A stretch of 64,000 nt of DNA from Candidatus Micrarchaeia archaeon (GTDB lineage Archaea; Micrarchaeota; Micrarchaeia; CABMEP01). A program made the translations under genes and the position numbers. Location: contig JAVZXS010000001.1 in the NCBI GenBank assembly GCA_038886535.1, positions 100,954-164,953 on the forward strand. The letters run 5' to 3'. The notes below the pieces were generated by a model, which had not been told where the DNA came from, made no database searches, and saw only the letters and a list, made by a program, of their open reading frames with translations. Positions within the stretch are counted from its first letter, which is position 1. Each line of letters begins with the position of its first letter. Positions 36,941-47,059 of this stretch are shown here, in pieces.

Positions 36941-38477
36941 CTTTCAAATTGCAATGGGTAGGGCTGTTGCAAAAATTATAATTCAAAGTTCAGATTTGAG
37001 TGAGCTAGATAATGAATTATATCGTTTTTCCGACGCAATAATTAAATCAAATGACGACATTCCAACAATCGCAAATCAATTATGGGATAAATTATTTAAG
37101 GATCCAAGTGAATTTCCACTAATGAAAAAGTTATTTCATATTATTTTAAGGACAAATGCAGCTATAGAGAACATTCCATCTAACCAAAATGTGAGAGACT
37201 ATATTTCTAAAATTTTAGCCATTTCTGATGAAGAAATGAGAAAAATAGAGAAGCAATTAAAAGAAGCTAAGAATAAAAAGAAACCCTCATTAAAATCGCT
37301 GATTGATTTTCTTCATGGTGAAAGAAAAGCAAAGATTTTATTCTCTTATTTTGTTTGTTTATTAAAAGGGAATCAAAATGGTAAAAAAAAGAATCAAAAT
37401 GGTGATACAAAATGCTACAATTGTGGAATGCAAGGAAGAAACTATTCTTTATCAAATCTAACTCTTTCTAATAAAAGCGATTACATTTTTGAATTTCAAA
37501 GATATACCATATGTTTTAGATGTTTAATATATACAATTCTATCAAATCTTTATCCAGTTCCAAATAAAAATATTCATCCATTTACAAATAAAAATTCTAC
37601 CAAAAAATCTAAAAAAATTTATTATAGTTTAATATCGGATGAAGAAGACATAACTCCATCTTTCATATTTTATGAAAATCAATTTGATAGATTTTTAAAA
37701 TATGTTTATCTTAATGATAACTTTTCTAGAATTTATATTATGTTTTTCCAAGAAGGTTCTCGATCTGGGAATAATATACCTATTTCTATTTCTCAGTTTA
37801 ATATAGTTCCAAAATTAATTAAGATGCTGGAAGAAAAAGAAAAAGGAAAAAAAGAAGAAAGAAGTTCGGTTCTAGATTTCAAAAAAATATTTTTCAACGA
37901 ATTAATGGATTTACCAATTTATTTCGTTTCATTTGGTGACTTCATTCAAACTTCATATCTGAATAAAGGATTAATAATATCTTTTATCAATATGTATAGA
38001 ACTAATTTTTCTAAAAAACATAAAGAATCCTTTTCTTCTCTTTATAAATTTACAAAATTTGTAAAAGAATACTTAGAGGTGAATGAAATGGAAAATAATT
38101 TTATGGTAGAAAAAAAATCTTCAAGTGAAAACGATAGAAACTCAAAATTAGAAGCATTGAAAAAGGGAATGTCTTTTGGTTATAGAATAAAAGAATCTGA
38201 TATTTATAAAGAAGATGAGGAGCGTTCAGAAAAGTATATCGTTTCTTCTAGTGCAGTTATGGAGCTTAGTGGAAAAGAATTTATAAGAACAATTATAGAG
38301 ATAACTAGGAATTATGGATTAGAGATTGTACAAAATATGAATGAATATATTGAAAAAATAGCAGATGATGAAGAACTAAGACTTTATTTTATTTTAGGGA
38401 TGCTAAGTCGCATAGGTAGAAATAAAAAGGAGTCTGTTCAAAGTGAAGGTGAAAAAGTAGAAGGTAATATTAATTGA
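36924..38477 (+). CDS. cas8: Type I-B large subunit Cas8 (Zn-binding CxxC..CxxC)
   Basis: Position between cas6 and cas7; CYNC and CFRC pairs; helical C-terminal domain. Confidence 0.75.
   Translation: MKGYSNFQIAMGRAVAKIIIQSSDLSELDNELYRFSDAIIKSNDDIPTIANQLWDKLFKDPSEFPLMKKLFHIILRTNAAIENIPSNQNVRDYISKILAISDEEMRKIEKQLKEAKNKKKPSLKSLIDFLHGERKAKILFSYFVCLLKGNQNGKKKNQNGDTKCYNCGMQGRNYSLSNLTLSNKSDYIFEFQRYTICFRCLIYTILSNLYPVPNKNIHPFTNKNSTKKSKKIYYSLISDEEDITPSFIFYENQFDRFLKYVYLNDNFSRIYIMFFQEGSRSGNNIPISISQFNIVPKLIKMLEEKEKGKKEERSSVLDFKKIFFNELMDLPIYFVSFGDFIQTSYLNKGLIISFINMYRTNFSKKHKESFSSLYKFTKFVKEYLEVNEMENNFMVEKKSSSENDRNSKLEALKKGMSFGYRIKESDIYKEDEERSEKYIVSSSAVMELSGKEFIRTIIEITRNYGLEIVQNMNEYIEKIADDEELRLYFILGMLSRIGRNKKESVQSEGEKVEGNIN
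38088..38477 (+). CDS. cas11: Putative Cas11 small subunit from an internal in-frame start within cas8 (129 aa)
   Basis: GAGGTGA SD at 38076-38082, 5 nt before in-frame ATG (Met389 of Cas8). Confidence 0.65.
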   Translation: MENNFMVEKKSSSENDRNSKLEALKKGMSFGYRIKESDIYKEDEERSEKYIVSSSAVMELSGKEFIRTIIEITRNYGLEIVQNMNEYIEKIADDEELRLYFILGMLSRIGRNKKESVQSEGEKVEGNIN

Positions 38478-38486
38478 GGTGGTATT

Positions 38487-39467
38487 ATGGATATAAATAA
38501 TAAAGATAAAAATGAAGAAGCTAAGAAATTAAAAGAGTTTGTTTTGTTTAGCGAAGAAATGAAGAAAATAAGTGAGAAATATGGTTTTAGTCATGGAAAA
38601 AGAGTAACTTTAACAGCTATTTATTACTCTTTCCCATCAAATCAAAATGCAAGTGGTTCAACAGGAACTAATGTAATCTCTCAAAAGATTATACCTTGGG
38701 GAGAAGAAGCCGAACCTCGTATTTATATAAGTCCTTACGCTATTAAAAGAAGGATAAGAGATTATTGGATTAAAAAGAAACTGCCTTGCGTAATGGCAGA
38801 GAATACGGTATACGCAAAATCAAATTCAGATGATGCTAAAAAAGATATCAAAAAAGCTATTAAAAAATATATAGATGTTGACTTATTCGGTTTCATGTAT
38901 GAGGAAAAGATAAATAGACCTGGTCCCATAACGACGTGGGGAGCAGTATCATTAGAACCGGTTCATCAGTTTATAGACTTTAATAGTTGTATTTTGAATG
39001 TTAAGGATGAAAGTAGCGGAGGAGGCTCTTTAATAAACAGATCGATTTCAAAAGAATTCTATTTTACATCATTTTATATAAACCCTGATCTTATATTATA
39101 TTCAAACGATGAATATGTGGGAGATAACAAGGAAGAAAGATTAAATCGTTTAGAAAACTTCCTTGAAGCAGTTGACTATGCCCTTCAAAAAGATTCAGGT
39201 GGTGCAAGAGATAGACCTACATGCATATTTAAATTATTAGAAATAAATGATTTTGGATACGGCGATTCAGATAAGAAGATTTTCAAGTGTATCAGTGTAG
39301 CGAATGATAAATTAAAGTTTGCAGAAATCCCAACATTCAAATCAAATAAAACTTATTACTATGCAGATAAACTATTCTTTGATGAAACTGAAGAGAAATT
39401 AAGTAAATTAGGACAAAAATGGAAAATAAAAGAGATAGCAGAGGAAATAGTTTACAGCAAAAATTAA
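38487..39467 (+). CDS. cas7: Cas7 backbone subunit (DevR/Cas7i-like)
   Basis: PSNQNASG, YISPYAIKRRIRD, IDVDLFGFM, RPGP, AVSLEP, SGGARDRP. Confidence 0.88.
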   Translation: MDINNKDKNEEAKKLKEFVLFSEEMKKISEKYGFSHGKRVTLTAIYYSFPSNQNASGSTGTNVISQKIIPWGEEAEPRIYISPYAIKRRIRDYWIKKKLPCVMAENTVYAKSNSDDAKKDIKKAIKKYIDVDLFGFMYEEKINRPGPITTWGAVSLEPVHQFIDFNSCILNVKDESSGGGSLINRSISKEFYFTSFYINPDLILYSNDEYVGDNKEERLNRLENFLEAVDYALQKDSGGARDRPTCIFKLLEINDFGYGDSDKKIFKCISVANDKLKFAEIPTFKSNKTYYYADKLFFDETEEKLSKLGQKWKIKEIAEEIVYSKN

Positions 39468-39478
39468 AAGGTGTTATA

Positions 39479-40246
39479 ATGCAAAATTTAGATCTTTCTA
39501 AATTTTGGTTTTATAGATTAAGTGTTGAAGGTTGGCTCGCCCATTTTAGGCAGCCAACTACAGTTTCAAGTAGATTAACTTTTATTTTACCTCCAAAATC
39601 AACTGCCATCGGTATGTTACTTGCTAAAGTTGGTTTATACAAAAGAATTGATAAAAATATATTACTATTCAAAAATAAAAAATTAAGAGAATTATTTGAC
39701 AATACATTCATAGCAATTTCACTAAAAAGAGGAATTGTAAAATATATGGATTATTTAAATTATATATCAAAAAAAGATAAACGTAAACCAACTAATATAG
39801 AGTATATTGTAAATCCATCCTATGAGATTATATATTTTCTACCTAAAGATGATCTGATATTAGGAGAAAAAAATAAAGAAATAATCATAAATAAAGAAAT
39901 TTTTAAAGTTTATTTAGGCTACAATGAATGTCCAGCTACTATTAATTTATCTGAAGAAATAAATAGCAATCAAATTAATTTTAGTAATAGGCAGGATATT
40001 ACTACTGACTTCATTTTACCTCTTGATGTTGTTGATTCATCAAGTATCGATAGAAGTAAACTTAGCGAATTGTTAAGATCATCTATACTTATTAGTACCC
40101 CTCAAAATGTGAAAGAAGTTGAGGATACAATGAAAGAAAAAGAAGTTTTGGTTCCATTAAGAAAAATGGAATTTAGATTAAATAATAATATTCCTGTTTT
40201 CGAAATGAAGTTGAATGGAAATATTAATCAATTCTTGGTGATTTGA
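39479..40246 (+). CDS. cas5: Cas5
   Basis: GWLAHFRQP, LTFILPPKSTAIGML, YLGYNE. Confidence 0.88.
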   Translation: MQNLDLSKFWFYRLSVEGWLAHFRQPTTVSSRLTFILPPKSTAIGMLLAKVGLYKRIDKNILLFKNKKLRELFDNTFIAISLKRGIVKYMDYLNYISKKDKRKPTNIEYIVNPSYEIIYFLPKDDLILGEKNKEIIINKEIFKVYLGYNECPATINLSEEINSNQINFSNRQDITTDFILPLDVVDSSSIDRSKLSELLRSSILISTPQNVKEVEDTMKEKEVLVPLRKMEFRLNNNIPVFEMKLNGNINQFLVI

Positions 40247-42633
40247 TGCAGCATGATAAGTTATTAGCTAGACCTAATCAAGAGCTTATAAATCATTTGA
40301 TGGAAATAAAGAATAAAATTCCAAAAAATGTTTCAGAATTAGAAAAGATGGTTTTTATATTGCATGATATTGGCAAGGTTTCAGATAAATTTCAGAAGAA
40401 ATTAGAAAAGAATGAGAATGTTAGATTCAGACATACTTTAGCTTCTTTACCAATTATTGAGTATATTATAAATGAATATAAAACAGTAAATCCAGAATCA
40501 AATTACCAAGATACCGATATTTATCTGATTTTAGTTTATTACCATCATGGACAAATATCTTTTGATATGTTACAAAATGATTTGGTTCATTTTTCCATTC
40601 AAAAAAATGATGAAAATAACATCAATATAATAGAAAAGGATGAGCTAATGAGAGTTAAGCAAATACTTAAAGATCTTAATTATGGAGAATATTTCGATGA
40701 AGAAAAATTTATACATTACTATTTAAATTCAAATGGTTCAGATTATAATCGCCTTTATAATGAAAAATTAAAAGAGATTTTAAAACGAATATATAATAAA
40801 TTTAAAATAGTTTCACCTGAGGTCAAAAAGAAATTTGCTTTGCTTTATTCTATTTTCGTAGAATTAGATTGGTATTCTACTTCCGATAGCAATAATGAAA
40901 TTTTACCAGATTGGAATGGGATTGAATTTTCTTTCAAAAAGAAATTTAAAGAAAGAAAGGAAGGAAGAGTAGATAGGGATTTGGAAGTTGAAAATATTAG
41001 AAATAAAATTAAAGATCTATTAATTAAAAATATAGATGAAGGTAGAATTTTTATATGTGCACCGACCGGAATAGGTAAGACCGAATTGTCTTTAGAATGG
41101 GCATTGAATAATGCCAAAAAACTGAATGCAAGAAAAATAATATATGTATTACCTTACCGAAATTTAATAAACGACTTGTATAAACGTTTTACTTTTTATT
41201 TCGGAGACGAAAACGTTGATAAATGGGATTCAAATTGGATAACTGATAAAACAATTGATTATGCAAGTGAACTAAGTGATATTGAAAAATTTAATTTCTA
41301 TCTAAATGCGAGAAAGTATTTTATGGAGAAACCAATAATAATAACTACAGCAGATCAAATACTGATGTCGTTCTTAAATTTAGAGAGATATCCTATAAGA
41401 TATGGTATGTTAATGAATTCAGTAATCGTTTTTGATGAAATACAGGCTTATGGAGTGGACATGAGGAATTTAATGTATAAATTAATAAGTGAAATAGCAA
41501 ATATCAAAGATATAAATGGTGAATATACTTGTAAATTGGCAATAACTACTGCTACACCTCCTTTTGAAATTTCAATTTCTGAATTTAAAGATTATATAGA
41601 TATTGATGGTATTTCATTTAAACTTTTGTACGATAAATATTGGTGGTCTTTTCATAAAAAACGCGATGCAAATGTTTTAATAATTGAGATTGATAAAAAT
41701 TCTCAAATTGTAGATATAATAAAACAGAAAGTAAATGAATCAAAAAATGAGGAAAATTATAGAATTTGTATAATTGTCAATACAATAGCAGATGCTGTTG
41801 GTTTATATAGACTACTAGAAAAAAATAATGTTAAAGATGTTATTAAAGAAAATTATGAAATAGCATTAATACATAGTTCATTAATTAATGAGCATAAACA
41901 AAAGGAATTAGATAAAATAAATAAGAGTAAGAAGTTAATAGCCATTTCAACGCAAGTATTAGAAGCAGGCATTGATATTTCTTTTGACTGTATAATAAGA
42001 TTGATTTCACCAATTCCTTCTTTAGTTCAATCGGCAGGGAGAGTTAATAGAGATGGAAAAAGCCGTAATGCAGAATTTATAATATTGATACCAACTGAAG
42101 AAATTTTAAATAATGAAAAACGTAAAAAAAGCAATATAAATTTTTATGGTCCGTATGATATAGAAGAAATTAAAAAAGTAATCGAATTATTAAAAGAAAA
42201 TAAAGGAAATTTGATTAAAAAGAGTAAATTCAGTGAAGAATTTATAAAAAAAGAAATCGATACATTAAAATTTGAATATTCTGAAAGTAAAGAATATATA
42301 GATTTTCTTAATAATCTTGTTGCTTATAACATTTGGTCTGTATCATCGTTAAGTTCAATCTTGCCTCAAGGCTTTAGAGACTCTTTAGGTAAAGTAGAAG
42401 TTTTTGTAGAAGATGAATCAAATAAAAAGAAAGACATGGAGGATAAGCTTAAAAATTATATAAAATTATCAAAAGAGAATGATTATTCAGAATATATAAG
42501 GAAGTATCTTCAATTATTAAGAGAATATCAAAGTAGATTTATTCTAACTTATTTAGATTCTAAGATAGATACTATCTCTATAAAGAAATATAAAGAGAAT
42601 TTTTATCCTCAACATGAAAATTCTGATAAATGA
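40246..42633 (+). CDS. cas3: Cas3 HD nuclease-helicase
   Basis: LHDIGK, RHTLAS, HHG, APTGIGKT, FDEIQ, TAT, QVLEAGIDIS, QSAGRVNR; TGATG coupling to cas5. Confidence 0.95.
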   Translation: MQHDKLLARPNQELINHLMEIKNKIPKNVSELEKMVFILHDIGKVSDKFQKKLEKNENVRFRHTLASLPIIEYIINEYKTVNPESNYQDTDIYLILVYYHHGQISFDMLQNDLVHFSIQKNDENNINIIEKDELMRVKQILKDLNYGEYFDEEKFIHYYLNSNGSDYNRLYNEKLKEILKRIYNKFKIVSPEVKKKFALLYSIFVELDWYSTSDSNNEILPDWNGIEFSFKKKFKERKEGRVDRDLEVENIRNKIKDLLIKNIDEGRIFICAPTGIGKTELSLEWALNNAKKLNARKIIYVLPYRNLINDLYKRFTFYFGDENVDKWDSNWITDKTIDYASELSDIEKFNFYLNARKYFMEKPIIITTADQILMSFLNLERYPIRYGMLMNSVIVFDEIQAYGVDMRNLMYKLISEIANIKDINGEYTCKLAITTATPPFEISISEFKDYIDIDGISFKLLYDKYWWSFHKKRDANVLIIEIDKNSQIVDIIKQKVNESKNEENYRICIIVNTIADAVGLYRLLEKNNVKDVIKENYEIALIHSSLINEHKQKELDKINKSKKLIAISTQVLEAGIDISFDCIIRLISPIPSLVQSAGRVNRDGKSRNAEFIILIPTEEILNNEKRKKSNINFYGPYDIEEIKKVIELLKENKGNLIKKSKFSEEFIKKEIDTLKFEYSESKEYIDFLNNLVAYNIWSVSSLSSILPQGFRDSLGKVEVFVEDESNKKKDMEDKLKNYIKLSKENDYSEYIRKYLQLLREYQSRFILTYLDSKIDTISIKKYKENFYPQHENSDK

Positions 42634-43162
42634 TAGTATGATGAAACATGAAATTAAATACGATGATGTAAGTGGAACTGAATTTAATTATTTTTTCGTT
42701 TGTAAAACACAACTATGGTATCTTTCTCACTCATTAATAAAGTCAGATGAAGATGAAAATGTAAAGATTGGGAGATTAGTTCATGAAATCAAGTATAAAT
42801 CAGAGAGGAAAGAAAGGCCTCTATTTAGGTCTAAATTTGATGTAGTCAAGTTAAATAACAGATATGTAATATACGAATATAAAAAAAGCGCTATTAAAGA
42901 TTCACACATAAAGCAATTAAAATTTTATCTCTATTCCTTAAAGAAGCAAACAGATGCAGAAGTTCAAGGTATCTTGATCTCACCAGGAAAACGTATTTTT
43001 GTTTCTCTTTCAAGTGAAGACTTTAATGAGATAGATTCTACTATAAATGAAATCCACCAAATTAAAAAGTCTAAGTTTCCACCAAAACCAGTCAAAATAC
43101 CTACTTGCAAAAAGTGCGGTTATAGATCATTCTGTTGGGGTGACACTTATGAGTTTGGATAA
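42614..43162 (+). CDS. cas4: Cas4
   Basis: CKTQLWY, D..EYKKS, QLKFY, CKKCGYRSFC. Confidence 0.95.
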   Translation: MKILINDSMMKHEIKYDDVSGTEFNYFFVCKTQLWYLSHSLIKSDEDENVKIGRLVHEIKYKSERKERPLFRSKFDVVKLNNRYVIYEYKKSAIKDSHIKQLKFYLYSLKKQTDAEVQGILISPGKRIFVSLSSEDFNEIDSTINEIHQIKKSKFPPKPVKIPTCKKCGYRSFCWGDTYEFG

Positions 43163-44105
43163 TTATTACATTGTTGATGATGGGAAAATTTTGATGAAAA
43201 ATACAACTGTTTATTTCATTAATAAAGAAAGAAAAGTTGATATACCAATTGAAAATATATACTCTCTTTATTTTATTGGTTCTGGTTCTATTTCTACAAA
43301 AGTTCTAAAAGAATTTCAAAAAAGGAAAATAATAGTTAATTTCTTTGGAAAAAGAGGAGATTATATCGGTTCTTTCTACCCCAAAGAACATTATATCTCT
43401 GGTGATCTAGTAGTAAGACAGGTTAAAAGATATCTTGATGACAAAAGTAGATTAAAGTTTGCTTCTAAATTTGTGGAAGGCGCTATTAATAATATTGATT
43501 GGATTTGTAGGAGATTTAATTTAGGTGAAATAAATAAACCAGATATATCGTCTTCAGATACTATAGAATCATTAATGCAAAAAGAAGGATTAGTAAGAAA
43601 GAAGTTTTACTCATTAATTGATGAAAGACTAGATGATTCATTTAAAATAACCAGAAGAGAAATAAACCCACCTTCAAATAGAGGAAATGCAATCATAAGT
43701 TTTCTTAATTCTATGGTCTATTCAACAGTTTTATCTGAACTATATCATACACATCTAAATCCAGCTATATCTTTTTTACATGAACCTTTTGAAAGGCGTT
43801 TTTCACTATCGTTAGATGTGAGTGAAATATTCAAACCTTTACTCTCAGAAAGACTTCTAATAAAGATGGTTAACTTGAAAATGTTAGATCCTATTTTAGA
43901 TTTCGAGTCGAATGATGGTGTATTTTTAAGTAAAATCGGTATTAAAAAAATAATTAAGGAATTCGATGATGAAATTAAGAAATCGGTTAAAGGTAAAAGT
44001 AATAGATTATTTTCAATACGTGAATTAATTAGACTAGAGCTATATAAGATAGAGAAAGATCTTTTAGACATTTCTGAATATAAACCTTTGAAGGCCTGGT
44101 GGTAA
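43149..44105 (+). CDS. cas1: Cas1 (I-B type)
   Basis: NTTVYF, DIPIENI, GSFYP, EG..RKKFY, NAIISFLN, FLHEP, LSLDVSEIFKP. Confidence 0.96.
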   Translation: MSLDNYYIVDDGKILMKNTTVYFINKERKVDIPIENIYSLYFIGSGSISTKVLKEFQKRKIIVNFFGKRGDYIGSFYPKEHYISGDLVVRQVKRYLDDKSRLKFASKFVEGAINNIDWICRRFNLGEINKPDISSSDTIESLMQKEGLVRKKFYSLIDERLDDSFKITRREINPPSNRGNAIISFLNSMVYSTVLSELYHTHLNPAISFLHEPFERRFSLSLDVSEIFKPLLSERLLIKMVNLKMLDPILDFESNDGVFLSKIGIKKIIKEFDDEIKKSVKGKSNRLFSIRELIRLELYKIEKDLLDISEYKPLKAWW

Positions 44106-44106
44106 A

Positions 44107-44370
44107 ATGTATGTAATTGTTGTTTATGATATAACAGAAGTAAAAAAGCAACTTAAAATAAGAAATTTTTTGAGGAGATTTCTAAATCACATTCAATTTT
44201 CAGTTTTTCATGGAAATTTAAATCCTTCACAATTGAAAGAAATTGAATTATTTCTAAAGGATTTCGATTATGAGGGAAATGATTCAGTAGTGGTTTTCAT
44301 TGTTCCAATATACTCAAATATTAGAAATTTAGTTTTTGGCAGAAATATAGAAAAATCTAATATTATCTAA
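44107..44370 (+). CDS. cas2: Cas2
   Basis: MYVIVVYDI, LNHIQFSVFHG, DSVVVF. Confidence 0.96.
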   Translation: MYVIVVYDITEVKKQLKIRNFLRRFLNHIQFSVFHGNLNPSQLKEIELFLKDFDYEGNDSVVVFIVPIYSNIRNLVFGRNIEKSNII

Positions 44371-44476
44371 ATCTAGTATAGAAGGTGGTTTCAAAGCTTT
44401 TTAAATACTTTAAAAAAAGTTAATTTGTATTAAAATTATAATAATTAATTAAAATTCTTATTCGATGTAGTTTAAG
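44371..44476 (+). promoter_or_regulatory. CRISPR leader
   Basis: AT-rich non-coding 106 bp between cas2 and the first repeat; degenerate repeat is at the opposite end. Confidence 0.75.
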
Positions 44477-46529
44477 GTCTAAAATCATACAATGATGGAT
44501 GTGAACAACTGAAATTATTACTTGTCCTGCTGAGATGTCAGATGTCTAAAATCATACAATGATGGATGTGAACAGAATTTTAAACAAAGTCAATGTTAAG
44601 AACAAACCTTGTCTAAAATCATACAATGATGGATGTGAACATGCTCAGATCCAAACACAAAAAGCAGCCATACTTCAGTCTAAAATCATACAATGATGGA
44701 TGTGAACTTTTATTCAATCTGAAGGGGGAACAACCTCTTTAAGAGTCTAAAATCATACAATGATGGATGTGAACATGAATTTAGCTAAATTAAAAAACAT
44801 TTATTCTCAAGTCTAAAATCATACAATGATGGATGTGAACATAACGAAATAACAGCAAGCGAAATAATAACACTCTTGTCTAAAATCATACAATGATGGA
44901 TGTGAACAAATTTTATTAACGTAAGCTGTTTTAATATCATCCGGTCTAAAATCATACAATGATGGATGTGAACTTAGGGTCTGCATTCACGCCGTCAATA
45001 AACTGCTTCGTGTCTAAAATCATACAATGATGGATGTGAACAAGTATCTTGTATATTCATATTTTCACCTTTTACATTTGTCTAAAATCATACAATGATG
45101 GATGTGAACTCTGATATATCTGATTTAAATCCAATTCCTATTAATACGTCTAAAATCATACAATGATGGATGTGAACAGCAACCTATACAACATATTGTA
45201 TCCATATACATTAGTCTAAAATCATACAATGATGGATGTGAACGAGAAAAGGTTTATCTTAGAAGATAGTTGAGGTGATAGAATGGGTCTAAAATCATAC
45301 AATGATGGATGTGAACAAACTATTACAGAACTTCTTGGATATGAAAATGTGTCTCGTCTAAAATCATACAATGATGGATGTGAACCAGAAGATGGATTAT
45401 TATACCTTTTACGAAGCAGTTTAGTCTAAAATCATACAATGATGGATGTGAACACGCAAAAAATGTAAGCAACACTACAAAAATCAAAACGTCTAAAATC
45501 ATACAATGATGGATGTGAACAAAATTAAGAAAGGCAAGAAGGAGGTAGATTAAGATGTGTCTAAAATCATACAATGATGGATGTGAACTTTAATTCATTT
45601 TTTTCTATATATAATATATCAGTTGGTCTAAAATCATACAATGATGGATGTGAACTCTTCCTTTTGCGTGGAAGTACCTAAGAGCGTGAAGGTCTAAAAT
45701 CATACAATGATGGATGTGAACTATTGACACCATCTTCTGCAGGAATACCACTCTTTCGTCTAAAATCATACAATGATGGATGTGAACAAAAGTTTGGACA
45801 GTATATGGTTTGGAATTTTGGATTCGTCTAAAATCATACAATGATGGATGTGAACTTTGATTACATTAATTGCGAGGTTGGTCAATATGAAGTCTAAAAT
45901 CATACAATGATGGATGTGAACTATTTATACAAGGATTTGAATTAGTTAAGTTAGAAGGTCTAAAATCATACAATGATGGATGTGAACTAATGTTTTGTCC
46001 ATACATCCTGTTTCGTGTCTAAAATGTCTAAAATCATACAATGATGGATGTGAACACCCAATCAACCAATCTATAATCATTCTGACCTGCTAAACGGCTA
46101 AAATCATACAATGATGGATGTGAACAAATGGCAGAAGAATTTTACATCGGCATAGGGGTAAAGTCTAAAATCATACAATGATGGATGTGAACATACGAAG
46201 AGAGAAAAATACAGAAAACTAAGCTCTTCCGTCTAAAATCATACAATGATGGATGTGAACACACTAAATCAACATAAACAAGAGAAGCCAAATATTTGTC
46301 TAAAATCATACAATGATGGATGTGAACGATCTTATCAAGGACCATGCAATAGCTTTGTTTCATGGTCTAAAATCATACAATGATGGATGTGAACATAAAG
46401 AAGTCTATTAAGAAAAAACCTATTAAGAAAGTCTAAAATCATACAATGATGGATGTGAACTCACAGGTAGCAAGATAGTGGAATTTGCTACTGAGATTGG
46501 TCTAAAATCATACAATGATGGATGTGAAA
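44477..46529 (+). CRISPR. CRISPR array: 31 repeats of GTCTAAAATCATACAATGATGGATGTGAAC (30 bp), 30 spacers of 36-43 bp
   Basis: Counted by hand; repeat 25 (46096) starts GGCT, terminal repeat 31 ends GAAA. Confidence 0.99.
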
Positions 46530-46846
46530 ACTAAGAATAAAAATAGGAGACTAAATTAATAGATAAAATTATACAATATTCGTTTTAATTTTTTAATTAA
46601 ATGATTAATCAATCTAATGATTTAAATCAGTAAAAATTAGAGATTCTAAAATACGAAAGTTTACATCAGATGAACGATACACAGCTATAATGGTAAACAA
46701 GAACTTAGTAAAAAAATAAGAAGCCAGAAGATATGAATCTCTCTTGTATATTAGAGAGAATTACAGATTCATTCATATCAATATTCAGTAAGGTTTAAAA
46801 TTAGAAAAAATATAGAAAAGAATGGTTATTTAATTTTAAAGATCTA

Positions 46847-47059
46847 TTATCTTTCTTTTATAATGCAAATTCTTCTACTTCCAAGTAGGGGAAACAATAA
46901 ATTTGTACTTCTCTCACACATAATATCTTCAGTTAATGTACATTTATAGTAAAATTCATTTATAACTTTCCCATTTCTTTTAAGTCCTAAAGTATTTATT
47001 ATTAATTTATTACTAAAGTATGGGCATTTTGTAGGTTGTTTTTTATTTATGTTGGACAT
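46847..47059 (-). CDS. Small Cys-containing protein (70 aa) downstream of the array
   Basis: Strong SD AGGAGGTGA before ATG 47059; four Cys; AT-rich like the cas island. Confidence 0.6.
   Translation of the reverse strand: MSNINKKQPTKCPYFSNKLIINTLGLKRNGKVINEFYYKCTLTEDIMCERSTNLLFPLLGSRRICIIKER

Noticed and set aside
45656-45691. Spacer 18 reverse strand reads LHALRYFHAKGR, resembling a tyrosine recombinase HxLR motif
   Set aside because: Twelve residues in one of six frames is too weak without a database match.
45323-46363. ORFs 45323-45574, 45605-45841 and 46142-46363 with repeating VHIHHCMILD
   Set aside because: They are translations of the CRISPR repeat on the minus strand, not genes.
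44477-46529. Self-targeting spacers within this window
   Set aside because: None noticed by eye; an exhaustive alignment was not possible, so no claim is made either way.
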